Positions 54,570 to 64,000 of a stretch of 64,000 nucleotides of DNA are shown one piece after another. The notes under the pieces are model-generated. The model was not told the DNA's origin and searched no databases. It saw only the letters and a list, made by a program, of their open reading frames with translations. This DNA is from Cyanophora paradoxa CCMP329 (Eukaryota > Plantae > Glaucophyta). Each line of letters begins with the position of its first letter. The stretch's first letter is position 1. The stretch spans positions 25,131-89,130 of the forward strand of contig QPMI01000256.1 in assembly GCA_004431415.1 (NCBI GenBank), in the 5' to 3' direction. The position numbers were made by a program, and so were the translations under genes.

Positions 54570-56964
54570 ATGGCGTTCCTCTCTTCCCCGGCGCCCCTCA
54601 GGCCGCCGCGATGCCGCCGCGGGGTTCCGCTGCCTCAGTATGAGGTTATAGAGCCGACAGAATCGCTGCCCTCGCGCCGACCACGGCGGGAGGTCGAGCG
54701 CGGCGCCGGCGCCGACGCCGAGCGCAGCGGGTTCTTCATCTCGGCGTTCTTTCACTCTCGACCTAGACCGGGGTTCCATCGCCAGGGCGGGACTGTGGAT
54801 CACCGCCCCACCTTCCGCGGTGCGAGGTTTGGCGGCCGGCCGCGGGGCGCCGGCGGCGCGAGGTTCGGCCCTGCAGGTGTCGCGCAGCCGGGACAGACTG
54901 TAGCGCTGACCTCCGTCTGCACTGTCGCGCGCTCAGGCGGAACGAGCGCGGGGTCGCGCCGTTCGAGAACGCGGGAGGCCGCCGCGGCCGCGGTGGGCGG
55001 GGCGACGGCGGCGGCGCCGGCGGCGGTCGCGGCGGCGGCGGCGGCGGGGATGACGGTGCAAGCTGGGGCGACGGTACCGGGGATGGCGCGGCTGCGGCGG
55101 CGGTTCCGTGGCCGCCGCCGCGTGAAACGCTCGCGGACATCGTCCTGACGAGCTTCGGGACCGCCTGCGCGCCCAGGCCGGCGCCGCGGGGCGCGCAGCG
55201 GGGTTGACTCGGGGCGCGCAGATGCGTTCGCATGGATGGCTCTGGACCGCTTCCAGGACATCGACGTCGAGGCCGCCCCCGCCGCCGTTCAGGCAGGCCT
55301 CCCGGGCGCCTCGCGCCGGGGCCCTCTGGGGCGCTGGGCGCGACGGGCCGGCAGGTGCTCTACGGGCTGCTGAACTTGCTCCAGTTCGTGGGCGTGGCGA
55401 GGGTGGCGCGCCTCTGCCACCCGTACGCGGCGGCGGCGGCGCGGGCGCTCGCCCCCGGGCCCCTCCCCGAGGACTTCCAGCTCGGCATCGAGTACGCCGC
55501 GACGCTGTGCGGCCCCGCCCCGCCCCGCCCCGCCCCGCGCCGCCAGCGCCGGGCGGTATAGTGAGCGGGGGCGGGGCGGGGCCAGGCTGGCGCTGGTGTA
55601 CGCGGCGCTGCTCGGGGGCGTCTTCGGGGACCGCTCGGGCTCCATCCGCCGCGAGAGCTCCCACCGCGAGGCCGGCAACCTCTACACCGTGCCCGCCCCG
55701 GCCCCGCCCACGCTAGGCGGCCCCCGCCCCGCCCGCCCACGCGCCGTGGCAGGTGGTGCTGCAGGGCTCCCTCATGAACGGCGGCGGCGACGCGGCGGCC
55801 AAGCGCGGCGTCCTCGCCTCCGTGCACGAGTACGTCACCTGCCTCCTCGCCGTCGACTTCGGCCGCCAGGCGCGCCGCACGCACCCGCGCCGCCCCCGAG
55901 AGACCTCGCGAGCGAGCGCCTCTGAGGCGCGTGCGGCGGGCAGGCGACGCAGTGCTCGCGGTGCATGGGGGTCTTGAGCCGCGTGGAGCGCCGCCTCATG
56001 GCCCTCGCCGACGACGGCACCAAGGACAAGGCCCGCCGGCCCCGCCCCGCCCCGCCGGCCCCGCCGCGCAGCGCCTCAGGCCCGCCCCGCAGATCGACCT
56101 CGTCAACCTCTCGACGCTGCTCGCGACCATCCGGCCCGCGCCGCGCCCCCCGGGGCAGGGCCGCCGGCGCCCCTGACGCGAGCCGGCGTGCTGCAGAGAG
56201 GCGCAAGAGTCGCGCTCCGTGCGCATCGCCGCCTTCGACCCGCACATGCGCGCCCCGCCGCCCCGCCCCGCCCGCCCCGCCCGCCCTCGCCCGCCGTCCG
56301 AGCGGCGGGGCAGGACGTGGATGCTGGCGGGGCGGATCCGGCTCCTGGCGGGGCTCCTCGCGGGGGGCTTCCTCTACCGGACCTCGGGCTCGGCGCGCCT
56401 CGACGCCCTCCTCTGGGGCAACATGCTCGCCGTCTTCGTCAAGCTCGACCAGGCCCGCCCCCAACCCCGCCCCGCCCCTGACCCTGACCCTGACCCCCCG
56501 GGCCCGGCAGCTCTACGAGGACATCGCCGAGTGGACGCGCGGTGCCCTCCCGCCCTCCACGCACTGACTTCGCCCCGCCGCCCGCCCTGTCTGCCTCCGA
56601 CCCCGCGCGCCCCGCGGGCGGCGCCTGCAGGGGAGTACAAGATCACGCCGATCGCCTTCGAGCAGCTCAGGGAGACCCTCGAGGGCGAGATGCGGGCGCG
56701 TACCCCCCCCCCCCCCCCCTCCCCGCCCGCCTTCGTCTTCTCGACGGGGCGGGCGCGGGCAGGCGCTGGAGATGGAGACTCCGACGGCGGAGGAGTACGG
56801 CTTCGTCCCCCGCCGCGTCGTCCGCGTGCGCCGCCCCCGCCCCCCCCCCCCCCCCCCCCGGCGGCCCCCCCCTCCCCCTCTCGCCTCGCCTCGCCTCGCC
56901 TCGCCTTGGTCTGAGTGAGCCTCGCCGGGCGCAGGAGGTGCCCTTGCCCGTCGTCATGGATTAG
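54570..56964 (+). CDS. Probable plastid-targeted membrane protein, DUF4239 (bestrophin-like) type
   Basis: MAF... N-terminal extension, a Gly-rich linker, two TM pairs around a helical cytosolic domain, and C-terminal LYEDIAEWTRGEYKITP resembling the DUF4239 'D..PF.G...I' region. The family call is by recall and tentative. Confidence 0.5.
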
Positions 56965-58013
56965 CAAGCGGCCGCGGAGAGCTGGAACAATGTAAAGTGA
57001 CTTCAGTGTTGAAACGATTCAAATTTGGGGCATGCCGCGCGCAGTGCGGGTCGGCAGCGCCAGCTATAGCGCTAGCGGGCATTCGGGCTAATAATTCAGG
57101 ATCCTGCTTTCTTTGCTTGCTTTAATTTCAGGATCCGGAGAGCTCGTCGCGATCGTCGCTTGCCAAGTTGCTTTCGGCGGGGTCGCCGTGCGCGTCGCTT
57201 GCCGCAGTGCAATTGCAACTGCAATCGATATCCGATGCCATGATGATCTCTTGGAATTTGCGGCTCGTAAAATTGGAGTCGATCGGAAGTCCGGAAGTCA
57301 CAGTGAGTCTCAAGATCATTGAATCACTCCAGCTATAGCTGTTTAGCTACGCGTACACAAGGAAGAGCTACGGAACAAAAGCACATCGGAGCTCAAATTA
57401 AACTGCAAAAAAAAAAAACAATGAAGTACGACGGTGTGCAGAGTCGGAGGTGTATATCAAGTCAAGCCGCATACATTTTGTGAAAATCAAATACAAAGAA
57501 ACTGCAGAGCCTCGCGATCGATCTAACGGAAAAAGGGTCTTCATGATCAAGAGTGCCGCAGTGCCCTGATCAGAAGGCCCGGAGGCTCACAATCAGATGC
57601 AGCCTTGATCCTAGCAATACTTAATTGCTTGTGACTGAACGAATTTTTGAATTCGAGCTATGATAGTACAGTTTCGAATTCATCAAGTCACACACTGATT
57701 GCACGCCCCGGAGCCCTTAAAGCTTTCGTAAACTGATCATGATCCGATGATCATGATCATGAGCCCCGGGCACACATGTACAGATCTAGAGCCGTGCGAT
57801 CGGCCCGCCAGGCTGATCTTAAACCGTCAGTACTTAAATTCTAAAGTAAAAGAAACTTAGCTTTAAAGAAAAAAGAGCTGTAGCTAGCTATAGAAAAATT
57901 AAAACGCCTGCCCGGTCGACTTCGAGCTAGCTTTTAGCTCCACTGTATCGCATCCGAGACGGCGGATTGCGCGCGCGGGCAGCTATAGCTATGAAAGGCG
58001 CTCAGCCCGCGGC

Positions 58014-61000
58014 TCAGGCCGCGAGCCGGGCCTCGGTGGCGGTGGCGAGGGGGGCCGGGAAGGAGTCGAAGGTGGGCGTCGGGGTGCCGTCGCGGTCGGC
58101 GCCCTTGATGGAGACGACGCGCTGCTGGACTGCGACCACGGGCTCGAACCCCGACGGGCGCATTTCGACCGAGGCCACGTCGCCGGCGGCGCCGCCCATG
58201 GCCGAGGGGTTGTACGCGTGGGGCCGGTTCATCATCTTGGAGATGGAGCCGTCGGGGTCGCGCACGGACCAGTCCTCGTCGGGGCGCGCGTTCTCGTGCC
58301 CGGCGATCGCTGTCGGCAGCACGTTGACCTTCTGCGCCCGCACCGACCACTGCGGATCCCAGACGGCACGGCGTCAATCTCGGGCTCGAACTCCGGCCGC
58401 GGGTCGATGGGATTGCAAAAATCGAAGGATCACGCACGTCCTCCATCTCGGTGCGCTTGCCCTTGGAGCCGAACGCGCCCTTCTGTGCGAAGGAGATGAT
58501 GGTGCAGTAGCAGAGGAGCCAGCCGAAGACGATCGCGAGGGCGCAGAAGGCGGAGATGGCGGCGGCGTCCAGCGGCTTCGGCAGGCTCACGTTCATGATC
58601 GCCACGATGTAGATCACGAAGATTTCGAGCAGGTTGAGCCACATCCCGATAAACGGCACGAACCCGTGCCGCCACCAGTTGAACTGATCGAGAAAGCGTG
58701 AGCTCCTAACTTTACTTTGCTTTGGCTCAGCTTCTCGCAGACAAGCTGGTCGGGGGGCGGGCGCACGTGGGGCTTCCCCCAGAAGTTGATGATGCAGGTG
58801 AAGCAGATGCCGGCGTAGAGGAGGAAGGTCCCCACGTTGGACGCCATCGTGATCGCCTGCAGCCGGAGCGGACCGGAGCGGAGCGGAGCGGTCAACAGAG
58901 CCAGGGGTTCACTGGGGCACCGTCTCGAATCGCTCGCGCACCGTGATGGCGATGGTGTTGTTGTAAGCGTCCTTGTTCGACACGCAGGCGATGCCGAGGG
59001 CCGAGTTGATGAAGGCGGACATGCAGATGCCGATCCAGGGCGTGCGCCACGTGGGGTGCAGGCGGCACATGAAGGACGGGAACTGCCGCTCCGTCGCCAT
59101 GAAGAGCGACACGCGGACGGCGGCGTTGGAGGCCGCCAGCGTCGTGCCGAAGATCGAGAGGAGGACGGTGATGGCCTGGATGCACATCAGCGCGTACCCG
59201 TTGAGCCCGAAGTGGTTTCCCGCCACGATCGTGAGGTCCCCGATGGGCGCCATCGAGGCGGCCGTCTGGAAGGAGGCCGGCATGGCCGCCGAGGCCGAGA
59301 CGTACTCGAAGGGGTACGAGAGGAGGGCCTGGAGGGCGAGCGAGAGGACGCAGCCGATGGCGACGTTGCGCTCCGGCTTCTTCGTCTCAGCGCCGAGCTG
59401 CGTGGACGAGTCGAAGCCGACGAGGATGAGGATGGCGATCGAGGACTGGTAGACCATCCCGAGGCCCGAGTGCACGGTGAAGATGTCGCCGGCTGTTTCG
59501 AAGAGCCACTTGTCGCCCGCCGGCACCGTCGCAGTCGTGACCGTCGACGGGTTGGCCGCGATCGGCGGCGGGCCGTCCTTGTTCTTGTCGCGGTAGCAGG
59601 CCCACAGCACGCCGTACCTGTTCGGAGATTCGAGTTCAGCGCCAGACTCGAGGCGAATGCATGCGCATGGCCATAAGCATGGAGCGGCCAGCTCGGTCGC
59701 GCACATAAAAATGGCGGCAGACTGCATAATGACGACGCCCGTGTTGAAGCTCGTCGAGAAGTTGACCCCCTCTGAACGGGGCGCCGAGAGATGATAAGGC
59801 AGCGCGGGGGCGGGCGCGGGGGCGCGGAGCTCGGGCGCGCACTGATGGCGATGAGGGCCACGACGAGGGCGCACATGATGGCGATGCCGGCGGCGGCGCC
59901 GGGAGAGAGCGGGCTCGTGGGGTCCCGCGACGGCGACGTGTTGATCTGTCGCGCCGCTCTCGATCAGCGCGTCGGCCGATCGCGAGAAGCGTTGGGCCGC
60001 GCGCGCGTGCACGTGCGCACCAGGTAGACGATGACCTGGGACATGAGCGCCGTCGTCACGCCCGGGTAGACCCAGCTGCGGGTGACCATGGCGGTCAGGG
60101 CGCTGCGTACGCGCGAGCGCGAGCGCAGGGCGGGGAGGGCTGCGGCACGGGCACTCACTAGAAGAGGTGAACTGAGGATGAGCAAGGCAGCGGGGGCGCG
60201 GACGTCAGTGCGGGGCGGCGTGGTCGACAAAGAAGAGCGGAAGGAAGGGCCGGGGCGCACTGGAGAAGCCCATGTACCACTTCATGATGTTGGACCAGCC
60301 GCGGACGGCGCGGATCTTGCTGTGCTTGAAGGCGCTGCGCCGCGCAGCCGTCGATCAGGTGCGGCTGCTTCGCGCATACGAACGCCGGGCGGAGGTGCGA
60401 CTCACCGCTCCGCAAAGTAGTATGCGCCGCCGGCGCCCGCCTCGGGGTAGACGTGGGCCCTGGGTCGAGAAGGGAGTCAGTGTGGCCCGAAGCCAGCGCG
60501 GGGCGCGGGGCCACGCTGTATACGCGCAGGGGCGCACAGCTCAGCGAAAGGAAACGCCGTCATGAAGGCCTGCGCATGCGCAGACGGGCGGAGTGAGCGG
60601 GGCGGCCCTTCGAGTTCGCATCAAATTTATATGTGCATGGGAGGAATTTGATCGGGGGGAGTCTACATCTGGCCATAGCCCCTTCAGCTTGCATTCCGCG
60701 GGCTGATTGCGGGCCAAATCTGTCTTGGAGAATTCGAAACGAGCGCACCACCCAGACCGCGAAGATGATGCCCACGAAAGTGTCCTTTGCGAAAGAGTTC
60801 AGCTGGTTGTCGATGCAAGCCAGGTTCCTGCGGGGGCGATCGTGAGCAAACTCCGCACGCGTCGATCTAGAGGAACAGTGCAATTAATACTGCAAGACGC
60901 GCACAGGGAGTAGGTTGTCCACAGGAAGGCGCCTGCAGAGGACGCGTCAGCGAAGCACCATTGCAGCTGTCAGCGCTGGGGGCGGCGCGGCAGCGGGGTG

Positions 61001-61256
61001 GAGCTCGAGGGGCCCGGGGCGGCTCGCCTGGCGCGATGAGGGCCATGCTGAGATGCGTACAGAGCGTGAGCGGCCGCGGGCGGCGGCGGCGTCGCGGGGG
61101 AGCGCTGGCAAAGCTTTACCTGTTGATCGTGACCCCTGTGAGGCCAAGGAGGGGCGCGCCCTGGACCGGTGCGCTTTGCTGCGACTTAAGACTCCCTCCC
61201 ACGCTCATCTCCTCCACATAGTACGCATCGCCCTTGCTGGTTGAAGGGCGCTCCAT
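58014..61256 (-). CDS. APC-superfamily amino acid/polyamine permease (prokaryote-like subtype)
   Basis: Spliced LGLTGVTINS|MALIAPG|AFLWTTY (TM1), FAEL|AHVYPEAGAGGAYYFAER, ILVGFDSSTQLGAETKKPERNV (TM6), RLHPTWRTPW and ASNVGTFLLY; ~12 TM segments. Confidence 0.88.
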
Positions 61257-61719
61257 CTTGTCTATCACACACACTCAAAGACCGCGGCTGGTCCCGTTGC
61301 GCGCGGCTGCTCCTATCGGTCGCGGACGCGGCGGCTGCGACCTAAACTAGCGCCTGCGACCGCTGCGCTGCTGCAGATACGTGCCCACCCGCGCACCCGT
61401 ACTCCGAATCTTCCAATATCCTCGCGCACCCCCGATCGGCTGCGGGCGAACAGAACGGGCGTGTGAGGCGCTGGCCGCGCGGCTGATGAGCGGCTGGTGC
61501 ACTAGTTCTGGTCGTGTGATCGAGATCGAAGATTTTCACGGCGCCGCCGCACAGTCTCGATGGCCGCGGCTAAAGCCATAATGGACGACGTGCCCCCTCG
61601 GGACCAAGAGTCGCCGCGCGCGGGCTTCTACCCCCCCGCCTTTCTTCCCCAGACTCTGCTCCATGCGTACCCGGGCCGGGCAACTCGTTCCCCCCAAATC
61701 ACAAAGCAAAAAGCAATAC

Positions 61720-63935
61720 ATGCTCTTCGCCGGCCCTGGCGCCCCTCTGCGGGCGCGGGAGCGCCAGCGGAGCCACGTGCTCGTGGAGGGAACGTCCGCG
61801 CGCCAGCCGGCCGAACGGCCGACCTCGCGTCGCGCGCCCCTCACGACCGACTTCCGCGGAATACGGGAGGCCCCGCTCATCGCATGGCGTGCTAGCTCGG
61901 TCAACGAGCCTTTGCGCTTCGTCAAGGAGACGCTGCACGAACGGCTTCATGTGGGGCCTGCCCGCGATGCGCCGAGTGCCGCGCACATACCTCCCGTCCA
62001 GGTGCGCGGGGCGCGGGGTGCTGCCTCAGGGCTTCTCGCTGGGAGAGGCAGCTGAACGAACGAGTCCGCCGCAGGGAAGCGGCACGGAATCGACGGACGG
62101 CGGAGTGGCCGCCTCCAGCGAGTCGTTGGGCGCTGTTCACATGCAGGAGCTCTGGGGCACTGTCGTAGCGGTGCAGGCGAACTTCTACCAAGTTCGGATC
62201 GACCCGCAGCCCTCGCTCTCGGGTGACAGCCTGGCCGCCCCGCTCGAGATCCTGTGCACACGCCGCGCCCGCCTGAAGAAGATCGATCAGAGCGTGCGCG
62301 CGTCTCCCGGCGCCGCTTCGCGCGGCACCGCGGTACTAAAAGGTCGGCAGGTGATGGTGGGCGACCGCGTCCGCATCACGGGGGATCGGCCCCGCCCCGT
62401 GGAGTACGTCCCCGTCGGCGGCGTGGGCGGCGGCGCCGCGATCGAGGAGGCGAGCCGCGCTTCCGCTCGCCGCTCGCCGCGCATCCGAGCGCTTATCCGC
62501 GCGGCCTTGCGGCGCGGCAGGTCATGATGCCGCGGGCGACGGAGCTGGATCGGCCTCCCGTCGCCAACGCCTTCCAAGCGCTCGTCGTGATCTCGATCGC
62601 GGACCCGCCCATCGACCCCGATCAGGCCACCCGCTTCATTGTCGCCTGCGAGGCCGCCGGCCTCCGCGTCCGCCTCTGCGTCAACAAGGCGCGCCCGCCG
62701 CCCGCCCCGCCGCGCCCGCTCGTACCCCCGCCCGCCGCTCACGCCGTCCCCCGCAGTCTGACCTGGTCTCGGAGCACGTGAGAACCGCGTGGACCGTGCG
62801 CATCCGCGACTGGGGGTACGAGCCGCTCTTCGTCAGCGCCGAGAAAGACTCCGGTACCCCTGCGCCCGCCGCTTTCCGACCTGTGTTGCCTTCGCGCCGA
62901 CGGGTCGCCATGCGCAGACATCGAGCGTGTGGTGGACTTTCTGAGGGAAGGGGCGCCCCCCGGGGCCATCACGGTCGTCGTGGGCCCCTCGGGCGTCGGA
63001 AAGAGCAGCATCCTGAACCGGCTCGTCCCCGACTTGAACCTGCGCACCGGCGAGGTCTCCGGCAAGCTCCGCCGGTGCCCTCCGCCCCTCTCGAGAACCC
63101 CTAGCGCGCACGCAGCCTGCCCTCTAGTCTCACTGGGCGGGGCGCGCAGGGGGCGGCACACGACGCGGCACGTGCAGCTCTTCGAGCTGCCAGGCGGCTC
63201 GAGCGGCCTGAAGGCGGCGCCGCTGCTGGCGGACACGCCGGGCTTCAACCGCCCCGATGTGACCTGCGCCCCCGAGGAGGTCGCGGCGTACTTTCCCGAG
63301 GTGGCGCGGCAGTTCGCGGTGGCCGGCGGCCGCTGCGCCTTCTCCGACTGCCTGCACCGCGACGAGGAGGGCTGCGTCGTCCGGGGCGATTGGGAGCGGT
63401 ACCCCCACTACGTCTCCATGCTCGCCGAGGCCGAGGAGCGCGCCGAGCAGGTCCGCCGCGCCGCTCCCCCCCCCTCCCCCAGGGGTACGGCGTTCTCACG
63501 GGCGGGCAGCTGAGGACGCGGGAGACGGCGGGGGCGACGCCGAAGACGGAGCGGAGGCGGGGCGTGAAGGCGGTGGCGGGCAAGGGCGGGCGCGTGACCT
63601 ACGAGCCGAAGCTGGACGCGCGCAAGTACCGCTCCGAGTCGCGCAAGTCGGCGACGCAGCGGCTGCGGGTCCACGACTGGGGCGACGAGGCCGACGCCGA
63701 CGGCGACGAGGACGACGACGAGGAGCGCGGCGGGCCCGCCCCGCCCTACCCCCGCCCCGGCCCCCCCCGAGCCTCCCCATCCGGCGGCGGCAGCGCCGGC
63801 TCCAGCGGTGGCGGCGCCCGGCGGGGCGCGGCACGGCGCGGCGGGCGGCGCGGGCGGCGGCGGCGGCGTCGGTGCAGTACGACCCGGCTTCCCTCGACGA
63901 AGAGGATGACGGGGCGAAGAAGACGAGTTCGCTGA
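61720..63935 (+). CDS. rsgA: Plastid-targeted ribosome small-subunit-dependent GTPase RsgA (EngC/YjeQ), cyanobacterial type; 3' end approximate
   Basis: OB fold GTVVAVQANFYQV...LCTRRARLKK, RPPVAN, G4 NK|SD, G1 GPSGVGKSS, G2 GRHTTR, G3 DTPGF, Zn site CAFSDCLHRDEEGC, and YEPKLDARKYR. MLF... transit-peptide-like N-terminus. Confidence 0.92.
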
Positions 63936-64000
63936 CGACCCGACCCGCCCACCGTCGTGCGCTCGACCCCGCGCCTCGCTTGCTTGCTTGCTCGCCTGCC

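Noticed and set aside
57407-57418. Poly-A run as a possible retroposon tail
   Set aside because: No TSD or identifiable upstream element body.

Overview
This is eukaryotic, very GC-rich nuclear DNA from a flagellated alga with a primary plastid. Phe-3 transit peptides, a cyanobacterial-type RsgA and SSNA1/DIP13 suggest a glaucophyte such as Cyanophora; this assignment is inference. Genes are densely packed and broken by many ~55-90 nt introns, so most entries in the ORF track are spurious. Genes reconstructed by manual splicing: a Gtb3/PelF-like GT4 glycosyltransferase (3' part only), an omega-3/Delta12-type fatty acid desaturase, a beta-helix + multi-TM protein, PGAP1, SSNA1, CCDC86/Cgr1, an EF-hand-like protein, SLBP, an inverted pair of low-complexity genes, an AWS-SET-postSET H3K36-type methyltransferase with a zf-4CXXC_R1-like finger, NOP56, a DUF4239-like protein, a prokaryote-type APC permease and plastid RsgA. 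The window also holds several local duplications and a 370-bp hAT-type MITE whose empty site is visible in a paralogous copy. The main discovery comes from comparing duplicated copies with their parents. Decayed DNA repeatedly converts a 3-nt (sometimes 2-nt) word X into X-revcomp(X)-X, for example TCT>TCTAGATCT, CGA>CGATCGCGA, CTC>CTCGAGCTC and CAC>CACGTGCAC. This appears to be a palindrome-writing mutational process that fills intergenic DNA with chained 4-6 bp palindromes while largely sparing live genes. Splicing is also unusual: GC-AG donors are frequent, the donor consensus is G(T/C)(G/C)CG-like, and many introns have a C-rich 5' arm and a G-rich 3' arm instead of a polypyrimidine tract.
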